This document shows, piece after piece, positions 33,110 through 44,366 of a DNA stretch of 44,366 nt. The stretch covers positions 1 to 44,366 of the forward strand of contig JBNGIO010005803.1 in assembly GCA_049999805.1 (NCBI GenBank), given 5' to 3'. The position numbers were made by a program, and so were the translations under genes. The DNA comes from Folioceros fuciformis. Its lineage: Eukaryota. Each line of letters opens with the position of its first letter. Position 1 is the first letter of the stretch. The notes beneath the pieces were generated by a model, which saw only the letters and a list, made by a program, of their open reading frames with translations, had not been told where the DNA came from and did no database searches.

Positions 33110-33215
33110 GGGGGCAGAAGTACTCGAAATGGCACCCCTTCTCAAAAACAATGGCGTTTGCCAGTAATATCTTCCCACAACCAGAGGGTGCGTGGAAGAG
33201 AACATCCAGAAGAGG
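33110..33215 (-). pseudogene. Degenerate AAA-ATPase (CDC48/p97-like) Walker A fragment
   Basis: Translation VLFHAPSGCGKILLANAIVFEKGCHF resembles CDC48 D2 [26 protein letters not shown]; no other AAA motifs visible nearby. Confidence 0.45.
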
Positions 33216-33377
33216 CTGTAGACCTGCTTGTCTACACGCCTCGGAACGGCCCAGTGGCCGGGGCCTCACCTTGTTATGTAAAGTCTTGGATAGAGATATG
33301 CATATGACACCCGCCACTTCCCCGATGTCTCCAAAAGGAATTTTCTATATAGGAGCTTGTATAACGAGCCTATTTCT

Positions 33378-33393
33378 AGGGTTAGGTTTGTAT
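33378..33393 (+). promoter_or_regulatory. Telo-box-like element upstream of RPS15A
   Basis: TAGGGTTAGGTTT ~120 bp upstream of the ATG. Telo-boxes (AAACCCTA) are typical of plant ribosomal-protein promoters, but this match is imperfect. Confidence 0.3.
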
Positions 33394-33507
33394 AAAAACC
33401 AAGCCCTGTATCTATAGTTGGTTTTCTTGGACAAACCTCGGGTTGCAATTCGCTTGGACGTCCTCATCTTCGAGCTTCGTGTGCGCGCCTTCCACAGTGG
33501 GAGCAAG

Positions 33508-34175
<668 letters not shown>

Positions 34176-35404
34176 TCTTCCGGCCCTGCGATGCAGAGCC
34201 AGGGTACTGGGTACCGTTCTGTACCGCTTGCAGCGAAGCTATTGAGACAGCAGCTACGTGTAGGCTGCTCCAATTTTGCAGTGAAAAACGGCTGTCGTCT
34301 ATACCACCAGCTTCGGTCATTGATGATTGGTACTTAGATCCGTGTCCCTGAGGGGTTCACGCTATGCTTGTGCTTTAGTTGGCAGCGATGTGGGAGCTGC
34401 TCCAGTTTTGCAGTGAAAAGTGTCCTTGATTTCTTTGAAATCTTAACCTACTTCCAGAGATTATACCATCTTGCTGTGGCGTATATGTGCATCTGTGTAG
34501 GGTAGAATTTGTTTGACTTTGGTTTAGGTGTAATCTCTGTGTTCCACTCATGGAAACCGGAGTGCGATCGATACATCATTTTAAGCTGTTTCGCTGTCGC
34601 TCTCCTCCCTTGATAACAGACTTCCTTGCGATTAACAATTGTCATGGTCATTTATCTCGCGCCCTTTCTTTAATCAGACTCCACCTGCGCACTTCGTGGT
34701 CAAGGATCCGGTGGCGTGGATCTCCGCACGGTCGTCGTCCGTCTCACAGGTGGAATAGAGCCACTCTTGTCCTCACCGTTTTGTTCTCGGAGCAGGAAAC
34801 TCCTCTAGTTTCATGTTCATGATTCAGTCGGGCATGCAAAAGTTGTGAGTAGGACAGCTTAGAGCAACTAGCAGTCCTCATAAAAATGTAAGAGCTGAAC
34901 TGAGCCTTCCCGCTTAGTGAGATTGAGAGGAGTCTCCCTCTTATAGATGCTTCCCTCTCAATCTGATGCTTCCTGCTTGATCACATGGAGAGGATTCTCC
35001 ACTCTTTGAAAAATCGTCAATCAAATCAAGGCTTCAACTGTGAAAGGAGTCCTCCGATCACCTTCAGGTTTAAGCATCCACATGATGGCATGGCAAACGA
35101 CAGTCCTAACTGGAGGCATGAAACTGACAGGCTCTATGTTGAAAGGGATCACGACCCGTGCATTTCTTACTCCTGATGCAAATGGGGGAGCCGCTAGAAC
35201 GAGTAGGCCTGCTGTGTAGATGAATTCAACGTCCATTTACCCCACTACTGCGTGAGGTCCTCAAAAGTTCTGCCGAGGCCGAATATGGCCCACTTGCTCA
35301 ATCTTTGAGGCAACCAGCTGGCCTGCCTTAATGGCTGACGTGACTGCCATCTCAATCCTCACCCAGCAAACTCCAAGATACGGGTGGTCAAATCCACAGC
35401 ATTG

Positions 35405-38400
35405 TCAGGGCCGACCCTTACAGCTGCAAGCACCAGCAGCAAATCGGTGCACTCGATACCCATCCCTTACAACGATGTCTCTCTTTTCAACCCTTGACAT
35501 GATCTCCGTAGAACTGTGGCAGTCGCTGCACATGCGCAAATTCTTCGTTACCACCAGAGGTGTGCCACTCGGAGTATTCAAGAGACCAAACGCCAGAGCT
35601 AGCTTCTCGGCATGCCCGCAAAGCGCATCTTCCTTCTCCTTCTCCGACAGGGGCTTCAAAACCAACTTTGTGTGTGGTACGTAGCCCCCTTCTTGCTTCA
35701 GACGTGCATTTGTGCTCTCTACTTGGAGAGCAAGATCATCTTTTCGCTCTCCCACAGTAAATGTATGTACCTGGTTCTTCACTTCAATGCCCGCCACTGC
35801 AGGTTTCTTGTTAGCTCCTGCTACCTTCCTCTGTGTTTCAATCCGTTGTACATCAGTCCACCTACCTGCATCTGCATAGGTATTGGCCATGAGTACATAT
35901 GCAGATGCCCCCTGAGGGTCTAGTCCGACGAGACTTTCAAAGCACCGGGTTGCCCTCTCTACATCCCCGTGATTTTTGCAGGAATTCAGCAAAGAAGTCC
36001 AACCCACAACATCGCTTTGGCTTTCACACGATAACAGCATGTTCTCTGCCTCGTCTAAACTGCCTGCACGCCCGAGAAGATCGATCATACAATTGTAATG
36101 CTCAGTCGTAGGTTTGATGCCATGCTGTTCGACCATGGAATCGAAGTACCTGCGACCCTCCTTCACCAGTCCCTCATGACTGCATGCTGCTAAAAGGCAA
36201 GTGAAAGTAGCATCATCTGGCTCAATACCAGCAACTAACATTTCCTCAAAGCAAGCTAGTGCGCCGTGACCTTCATCACAAGAACCACACCCACCTATCA
36301 AGGCATTCCATGTCACCACATTTTTTGTTGCCAAGCTGTCGAAGACCTCGCGTGCATCTTCCAGTTCACCACACTTTGCATACATGTCTATCAGGCACGT
36401 GCCCACAAGTATGCTATCCAGCTGTCTACTTTCTATAATCTGTGAGTGTAGCTGTCTGCCCTTATGTAAGGCGCCAGCACCTGCACAGGCTTTCAGAAGG
36501 CATGCAAAAGTAACCTCGTCAGCCACCGTGAGGCCCTCCTGCTCCATTTGTTCATACAGCACAAGCGCCTCTTGGCTGAGATCTTGTTGTGCATACCCAG
36601 CAATCAGGGTTGTCCATGTCACCACATCCTTTGCATTCAAGCTGTCAAAAACCTGGCGTGCTTCCTCCAATTCGCCACATTTTGCATACATGTCCACCAG
36701 GCAAGTGCCTACAAGCATGTGATCCAGCTGTCCCCTTTCCACAATCTGTGTGTGCAGCTGCCTGCCCTTCTGTAAGGCACCGGTGCTTGCACATGCTTTC
36801 AGAAGGCAAGCAAAAGTCACATGGTTACCTAGAATCAGGCCCTCCTGCTCCATTTGTTCATGCAGAACCAGCGCCTCCTTACCAAGTCCGTGATTTGCGT
36901 ACCCCGAAATCAGGGCAGTCCAAGTCACCACATTTTTCGTAGTCAACCTGTCAAAAACTCCGCGCGCTTCTTCCAGTTCGCCACACTTCGCATACATGTC
37001 TACCAGGGAAGTTCCAACAAGCATGTTATCGAGCTGTCCTCTTTCTACAACTAGTGAATGCAGCTGCCTGCCCCCCTGTAAACAACCAGTAATTGCACAA
37101 GCTTTGAGAAGGCAAGCAAAAGTGATATGGTTGCCTACGATCAAGCCCTCCTGCTTCATTAGTCCATACAGAACAAGCGCCTCTTGCCCGAGCCCATGAT
37201 TTACATATCCAGCTATCAGGGCATTCCACGTAACAACATCCTTTGTGACCAAGGCGTCAAAAACTCGACGCGCATCTTGAAGTTCACCACACTTTGCATA
37301 CATGTCCACCAGGCAAGTGCCCACAAGCATGTTCTGTAGGTGCCCTCTTGCTATAATCTGAGAATGCAGATGCCTCCCCTCGTGTAAGGCACCAGTTATT
37401 GCACAGGCTTTGAGAAGGCAAGCAAAAGTGACATGATTGCCCACAATCACGCCCTCCTGCTCCATTTGTCCGTACAAAACAAGCGCCTGTGGTCCCATCC
37501 CATGATTTGCATACCCAGATATCAGAGAATTCCACGTTACCACATCCTTTGTAGCCAAGCTGTCGAACACCCTGCGTGCATCTTCCAGTTCGCCACATTT
37601 TGCATACATGTCCACCAGGCAGCTGCCAACAAACAAGTTAGGAGGAATGCCACTATGCAACACATCACAATGCACTTTTCTGCCAGATTCCAAGTCCGCA
37701 ACGGATGCACAAGCTTGAAGCACTGCCACAAAGACATGAGGATTCGCCTTCACACCTGAGCTACGCATCTCATGGTACAGTTGTATGGCCTCATTAGACT
37801 TCCCATGTTTAGCATGAGCAGAGATAATGGAAAACCACATGAAGGCATCTGGTTTGCCCATCCTGGTGAACACATCCATGGCCTCTTGAAGCCTACCTCG
37901 ACATGCATACATGCGTAAGATATGGTTTCCCACGATTGTATTTGACTCGTACCCAAGTTGAACAGTGAGATAATGAACTCGCCGCCCCATAGCCACATCC
38001 TTCTTGGCTGCACATAATTTTAGCACTGTACAGAACAGAGTCTGAGAAATAGGAGAGTCCGTCTGGGCCAAAGCTTCCAGAACTCCGACGGCCTCCGTAA
38101 GCTTTCCCTGCTGACACAACGTGTTCACTGTTGCAGGTGTTACGGCGCTCATTTCCGCTCCTGTACGCCTGCCAGGTTCAGGCTTGTCCAGAGAGGTCCA
38201 TTTGGAAGTAAAGGAAGCATGCCCCATCTTTCTATCCAACGAAAGTAGCTGCTTACCAGCCCAAGCTGGCTTGAATGTGCTGTTTAGCCAGAGTACATCG
38301 CCAGACCCCTTGCGCCGGAAGTTAGGCGAGCGAGTACTCTTTTCAACTCCTCTGTTAGCCCTCCACCTCGCAGGGTCCAGAAAATACTGTCGCCACAACG

Positions 38401-38635
38401 ACTCCTCCTCCCGTTCCTGTTCATGCTCCTGGCGACTGACATCGCTAGAAAATCCTTCCCTAGCCATCCATGATGTCGGAAGTGCTAATTTCTTTACACT
38501 GCTGCACCTGGAGGGCTGGTTGTTTGCCACCGACTGCCTCCCTGAAGTGAGGTGAGCGGGAGCTGCTGGTCGAATCCGTGTACAGCCACCGATTTGTTCT
38601 ATACACAAGGGATCCGGTTGCCATACTGTGGCCAT
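35405..38635 (-). CDS. PLS-class PPR protein with DYW:KP (GRP) domain
   Basis: 1076-aa intronless ORF starting MATVWQPDPL; four triplets; KKPAVAGIEV, HAEKLA, CSDCH, ends CSCKGRP. Confidence 0.95.
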   Translation of the reverse strand: MATVWQPDPLCIEQIGGCTRIRPAAPAHLTSGRQSVANNQPSRCSSVKKLALPTSWMAREGFSSDVSRQEHEQEREEESLWRQYFLDPARWRANRGVEKSTRSPNFRRKGSGDVLWLNSTFKPAWAGKQLLSLDRKMGHASFTSKWTSLDKPEPGRRTGAEMSAVTPATVNTLCQQGKLTEAVGVLEALAQTDSPISQTLFCTVLKLCAAKKDVAMGRRVHYLTVQLGYESNTIVGNHILRMYACRGRLQEAMDVFTRMGKPDAFMWFSIISAHAKHGKSNEAIQLYHEMRSSGVKANPHVFVAVLQACASVADLESGRKVHCDVLHSGIPPNLFVGSCLVDMYAKCGELEDARRVFDSLATKDVVTWNSLISGYANHGMGPQALVLYGQMEQEGVIVGNHVTFACLLKACAITGALHEGRHLHSQIIARGHLQNMLVGTCLVDMYAKCGELQDARRVFDALVTKDVVTWNALIAGYVNHGLGQEALVLYGLMKQEGLIVGNHITFACLLKACAITGCLQGGRQLHSLVVERGQLDNMLVGTSLVDMYAKCGELEEARGVFDRLTTKNVVTWTALISGYANHGLGKEALVLHEQMEQEGLILGNHVTFACLLKACASTGALQKGRQLHTQIVERGQLDHMLVGTCLVDMYAKCGELEEARQVFDSLNAKDVVTWTTLIAGYAQQDLSQEALVLYEQMEQEGLTVADEVTFACLLKACAGAGALHKGRQLHSQIIESRQLDSILVGTCLIDMYAKCGELEDAREVFDSLATKNVVTWNALIGGCGSCDEGHGALACFEEMLVAGIEPDDATFTCLLAACSHEGLVKEGRRYFDSMVEQHGIKPTTEHYNCMIDLLGRAGSLDEAENMLLSCESQSDVVGWTSLLNSCKNHGDVERATRCFESLVGLDPQGASAYVLMANTYADAGRWTDVQRIETQRKVAGANKKPAVAGIEVKNQVHTFTVGERKDDLALQVESTNARLKQEGGYVPHTKLVLKPLSEKEKEDALCGHAEKLALAFGLLNTPSGTPLVVTKNLRMCSDCHSSTEIMSRVEKRDIVVRDGYRVHRFAAGACSCKGRP

Positions 38636-39050
38636 CTTCCGGGAACCACGAGCTTGCTATCCAAGCAGTGACAGGATGCCTAGGCACTGTGCATGGCAAC
38701 CATGGTGACACCACCCTGCGCAAGAGCAGGGCAGAAAGTTCACCGATGTAACCCAAGAGAACAGCCACACCATATGCTGCACAGGCGCAGGAAGCTGTTG
38801 ACCCACGGGCTTACCAGACGACCGATATACGGAGTACTTCCTTTGTTCATGTTGGCATGCAGTCGATATGCTGGTGAAACTGCATCGACTGAGACAACCA
38901 ATAGGGGTCGATAAAACAGCTTAAAAACGATTATTTACCCAAGGTACATGGTGTGTCAGCTCTGACTGACAGTCGAAGCGCAGGAAACGGACGTGCGCGC
39001 TAGACTAGCTTCATTGAGCATTTTTTCACACTGGCAAATTTGTGAATGCC

Positions 39051-42000
39051 TCAAGTGATCCTAAAAGTCGGGAATGTCCGTGGAGGAAGGAGGCTCCATT
39101 GCGCTCCCTTTCTGTCTGTACAGACGCAATGCGTGCTGATTTGATACAACCCACAAGGTAATCTCCTGACATCTATTATGCAGGACGCAAAGCCTCTGCC
39201 TGATTCATCTAGCGGAACGGAAACAAAGCACCTTGGGTCACTGTCTTGCCCTCCATTGCCAGTCTTGTCCGCCAATCCCCTTTCCCTCAGCACCAGTTCT
39301 TCAATCAATGCCACATCGAACAGCTGGTCAGCATGCTTGCCCTCATGCCAACCAACTCTCCATCCTACGCAAGCATCTTCCTCTTGTGAAACTGTGGTCT
39401 TGGCAGGTTGGACAGTAAGTGCGCAACAGAGAGATTTTCCCCTATTTTTGGGTAGGAAATGAACCAGTAGGAAACCCAGACCCAAGGAAAGGAAAGATCC
39501 TTGCTTAATAGACATTTCACCGTTTCCGAGCTGTGCAGCAAGCACTTCAAACCCAGTTCGGGGTCTGCAGTCACCAACAGGGATGGTTAGTATGGTGGTT
39601 TTTCAAGCTTGTCTCGCACAAGTTCCTTGTAACAGACGCGCTTATGAGAGTGCTTCACTCACCTTGTACTGAAGAAGCAGCTTGGAAGCAACCACGGTAA
39701 GGCTGACCATCTATCTAGCAACTTTTTCAGGAAAGCAAGACCCTGGAATTGAAGCCAAGGGACACTATTGCTCTTGGAACGCATTCGGTATAAGATGACC
39801 ACTTCCTGGACTGCCCACCTGCAAACGCTCAGAAGTGGCTGCCCATGGGATTCATAACAGTAGTTGGCCCTCAAGCCATCACTTGCGCCATGAATGGCTC
39901 CGTATTCTAGGCAGAGAAGAGTAAGTTCTTCCCACTCGTCTCCATATGCATGTTCAAGGCGTTGCAGCAAATCATATACTGCAAGGCCTATGTCTACATG
40001 CGTTGATGTGACCTCGGGCTTTGCACCGGAGACCTTTGGGAAAAGCGCAAAGGTGATGCAAAATGCCAGTAAGGAACACTGTAGGCTGGCCTGAGAAAGA
40101 ATCTGTAGACTTTCTACATCTGTGCCCATAAAACTGAGACAAAGAAGATCAAACTCCTCAGACAATCTTTTGAACTCAGACGCTAGCCAATCAGCCTTTT
40201 CAGCAATGGCTTGCAGCCTGGAAGCCGTAACAGCTGAATCCAGCTTCTCCACTTCACTAAGGGATCCAGAGGGGCTTGGACCTTGTTGCACGCACATCAT
40301 GTCTAGAGTCCCCCTGTCTACCAGTCCGACCAGTTCTGCAGTTCGTTGAAGCTTGGAGCGTCTAAGTGTTATGAACCACCGTTGAAATTCAAAAGATCGA
40401 TCAAGACATACACCAGCACCCAGAAGTTGAATTGCATTTTGAAAGAGAGGTAAGGAAGCCACTGCTCGTTCTGCGTATACAGTTCGACCACCATCTTTTT
40501 TCTGGTCATAATGACTAGGTCCTTGTACCTGCTGATTGGATTCCTGAAACTTTCTCTCAGCAGGAGGGCAGTCTGGGGTGCTCATCACATCAACCTCCAT
40601 TGCCTGGAGAGCATCGCTGCCCTTCTCTGCAGAACCCCCATGAAGGACATCCGCAGTGGCCACTGTCCTCCCCTGGCAAAGAATTGCCTCGGCCCCTGAC
40701 ACTTGTGCAAGCGCATCAAGCCATAGGTGGGCGCCTTCTGATATGACTTTGTCTCTCAAGCAAATGAAAGTGGACTCTGCCAGCGGCCACTGACAGGCAT
40801 AGGTGGCTTGCTCTCCAACTTTGTAGAGAGCCCAGTACTTGGACCTTGATCTCATCGTCTCAGCTGCTTTGAAAATGCTCTCTCTTAGACGTTCGGCAGA
40901 GCTATCTGTAGGGCTTGCCGCCAGCTGTTTGACGCTCTGCTGCTGAAACTGCTGGGACTTCCCAGCCAGCAGAACATCGCAGTGGCTTCTTAGCCGATGA
41001 TTGATCGATGCTTTGACTGCCACAGGCAGTAGAGAAATAAGGAAATCACCTGACGCTTCAGCATTAGCGAGATATGTTGCAAGGCTGCACAGCCGAGAGC
41101 AGATCAGGCCACAAGTCTGTTCTTCCACAGCATCAGCCACACAAGCTTGTAAACATCGAACCAAGATTGATGCTAATGGCAAGATCGATGCAGCTTCTCG
41201 TATCTCATCGTGTGAGCCCTCCGTTGGAACGGTTCTTCCATCTACTTCCATATCAGTCGAACCTCGTTCAAACTGCTTTTCCACACTCTGTAGTGACGTT
41301 CTGGTTGCCAGGGACTCCAACACACCAGCCAAGTAGTCAACCATGGTAAATCCTACTTTAGGACAACCTCGAACTAAGCATGCCAACAGACGACACAGAG
41401 TAGTACATCTTTCATGCCTTGAAGGTTCTCCTGATTGATAAGATTTTCCATGAAAGTCATGTTCATTTCCTGGCTGCTCCAACAGAAAAGTGGCTGACAC
41501 GTGGTCACAGAGTAGTAACGTAACCCGTGTTGGAAGATCAAGTTGAATTGATCTTTGTTCGAGGCTAGCTGAAGTTGCGTCCGTCTTCCTCTGGGTGGCG
41601 GCGGTCTTCCTCTGGGTAAAGGCAGAGTCAAGTTTGGTTCCAGCTGGTGCGCTGCGCTTATGCTCTGTTATACTGCAAGCCAGTTCCACCAGCAGAGCCA
41701 AGGATGCTTGGACAACTGACCAGTCACTATGTAATGAAAACAGTTCAGACAGGCTTACTAACTCCTCTACACGGCTGCTCTGCGATGTACCAAGGTAGGT
41801 GGGTACAAGCTGCATACAACCAACCAAGAAGTGATTATTGCAAGACTGAGGACGCGTCACTACCCAAACAAACGCACTTGATATAAACAGCACAGACACG
41901 CGGCAGCAAAAGAACGCCCTAAGATAACCCCATGAAGAATTGACAAAAACAAAGAAACGCAATAGCAAAAAGTGTGGTGGTAGAAACTGGACACTTGGAA

Positions 42001-43468
42001 TTGCTACCTTCCGCAAAAGCTGCAAAGTAGACACATGTAGAATAGATGGTGGGCCAGGCTCACACAAAACAGCAAATAGGAGATCGAAGTCTTCCCCTGT
42101 GAGTAAGCTCGAGAGTTTCGCTTGTGAAGCCAGCGTGATAAGGCAGTTCAGTGCCACTGCCCTGATATTGGCACGCGGGTCGGAGCTGGCATAAGAAAGA
42201 AGCAGTTTTACCTGCGCTAATTTGAATGTCACGAAGTTTGAAAAGACGCCGATTGTGAAAATTCATGAACACTGCTACGAAATCACGTCAGAAAAGAAGC
42301 ATGCAAGCCAAACACGTAAATAAGTGTTCACCTGTTGTTCCATGGTCTCTAATGCTTGGGTAGCAAGGTTTGTAAGAGCCAGCAAAACCGTCTTCACAAG
42401 GTCTTCAGCCGGAATCCGTAGGATTAGCGTTCTGCCCGCCTGAACATGAAGGCAAACTAGTTCACTAGTTGAAATGGAAAGAATATGCACTTTTTCATGA
42501 TGTAGAGAACTCTAACCAACCTCATGGGTTTCTAGTGACAACTGAGGTGAAAGGCTCATTTTTGCAAAAATTCTGGCAGCTAGTCTTTTAACTTCAGGGG
42601 GTGTTGCCATGGCCTTCACTAAACCCACAATTTTCTTCAGCGCTTGTGCTGAAAACACCACGGACACTTCACAAAGGCAGCCAATTGCGAAAAAAGCCCC
42701 TTCAACCTTCACAAGCATATACACAAATCCTTCAATAACAGATCTTAATCAGTGATAGCATCAAGTAGGCTTGCCAGTGAAAAACTCTACACATACAGGG
42801 TTGACCGGACACATCAAGGTTATACCTCTTGGCGATGCGGGGACTGGATAGCATCCAATACGAGACGATGCACATCCATGCTGTCACTGGCTAGATCAGC
42901 AAGACAACCTATTGCTCGTAGAGCAAGTGCCCTAGCTACTTGATCTCCACTGTCCAGGACACCCTTCAACCTGCGAATTGGCACCTCATAATTGGGGATC
43001 CTACCTTTTGTTAGCAAGCCTGCATGACCTTTGGCCATTGACTGCTTACGGCCTCTGTACTCAAGAAGAAACACTTTCAGAATGCACAGTCTTGTAAAAT
43101 TGTTTCCATGTTGAAAAGCATCCGCAAGACGCCTAACAATAGCGTTGGCCAAGACTTGATCCTGTCCAGGTTCCAACTTGAAGAGGCCCGCTGTGATTTC
43201 TGCAACAACAGGCTCTTGGCTAAGCTTCAGGAGCCGAGGACCCAGTCTCAGGGCCGCCTCAACTTGAGCTCCTGCGAGAAAAACAGCAAAAGGTTCAAGC
43301 CCCTCGTTACGTCCGTAAGCTCATGTGCACTCCACAAGACTGAAGGTCACCTGAACGGAGGCCACGATCCAACTCCACATTCCATTCCAGGACCTTTGCA
43401 GCAGCTATGTCCCCCATCACCGCAGGTGCTGTGGCACCTCCATAGCCAGCCTGTCCTTGGCGCATCAT
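39051..43468 (-). CDS. INTS7: Integrator complex subunit 7, multi-exon (start at 43468 or 43417)
   Basis: Exons give AKVLEWNVELDRGLRS, LANAIVRRLADAFQHGNNFTRLCILKVF, DQVARALALRAIG, DPRANIRAVALNCL and C-terminal GFASCIIDVRRLPCGLYQI...QWSLLP. These match remembered INTS7 N-terminal HEAT and plant C-terminal motifs. Confidence 0.85.
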
Positions 43469-44167
43469 GGCTTTACGATTGGACACCCATCTGGAATACT
43501 AAGTGCCTGACCAAAGCGCGCAGCAATCTCGTCCTTTTCAGACCATGAGAAGTTGCTGCATCACCAGGAAGCAGAAATGATGCCAATTGGACAAACATCT
43601 TACGATGTCCTAGTCCGCTAAACGTGAACTTGAGCTTACGAAGAACTACAAGTCTCTGACGGTTCAAGCGATTCCTGATGGAGCAACCCTGAGCCCGTGT
43701 GCAAGAATTGCAAACCTCCAGGAGAAAACGAGGCCACAGTTAGCGCCGTGCAACATACACGTTCAAACGCGATCACTCTGGCCCGCTTGTCCATTCCCGC
43801 AAGATGCAAACCGTGCGCTAATCGTGGTCGCCCCTCCTGCAGAACGAGCAGGTATCACTAATAGTAATCACAGCTGATTTCAGGCTCGTCGGCAGGCTAT
43901 TCACGCTAACGAACTGAGTCTTGAGAAGGACCCGACCAAAAGGCGGATCGGGTAGTAATTATCACAGCATGATGACAGGCACCTCCCTGCAGCTGAGCAG
44001 AGTGTGCTCCGCTGTGGAGCGGGGCTGACGGGAGCCCCACGTGCAGAGTAAGAGCGTTCATTCTCGTGGGGCGTGTGAAAGTGCGAGACACCCTGCCAAA
44101 TTTGCGCGGGCTTTCCGTGTGTGCTGGGAGCTGAAACTCAAAGACATGCATCCGTGCTCAAATTCCA

Positions 44168-44366
44168 CTACCAGCAGCATTCGGGGACGTCGCGGATCGT
44201 GCGCACAAATTCCGTGTGAACAAACTGTATGATATTTTTTGAAAACAGAAAGGAGTGGAGCGGAGTGGTTTTGAAGCTTCCGGTTGTTAGTTTGCAGAGC
44301 TGCACCTGCACCTCACTAGGGTATGAAGAAAACCCACTTCGCTTGTAATCTCCACCAATTTCCATG
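44168..44366 (-). CDS. Possible 3' end of an unidentified gene running off the window edge
   Basis: EIGGDYKRSGFSSYPSE, then a plausible GT...pyrimidine-rich...CAG intron, then FVHTEFVRTIRDVPECCW-stop; no family recognised. Confidence 0.25.
   Translation of the reverse strand, partial: MEIGGDYKRSGFSSYPSEVQVQLCKLTTGSFKTTPLHSFLFSKNIIQFVHTEFVRTIRDVPECCW

Overview
Gene-dense nuclear DNA from a seed-free land plant. A hornwort is my best inference, from the short introns, a flagellar enkurin gene and GRP-type DYW domains; a fern or lycophyte cannot be excluded. The window is dominated by a local cluster of six intact intronless PLS-class PPR genes plus one pseudogene. All carry the variant DYW:KP deaminase-like domain (KPAxA instead of the PG box, HAE instead of HSE, C-terminal GRP/ARP instead of DYW), the class associated with reverse U-to-C organellar RNA editing. 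Each also has an N-terminal WWDNR...SPDF...LWL motif resembling the ssDNA-binding PDF motif of OSB proteins. Their central arrays consist of 2-4 near-identical 306-bp P-L-S triplets whose base-specifying residues differ between paralogues. Interspersed are intron-containing genes for a nucleoside hydrolase (URH2/NSH2-like), enkurin, an acyl-ACP thioesterase, RPS15A and INTS7, plus an intronless small membrane protein gene, a degenerate AAA-ATPase fragment, and an AT-rich block of tandem repeats with an assembly gap. Exon boundaries and family calls were made by eye; no searches were run.
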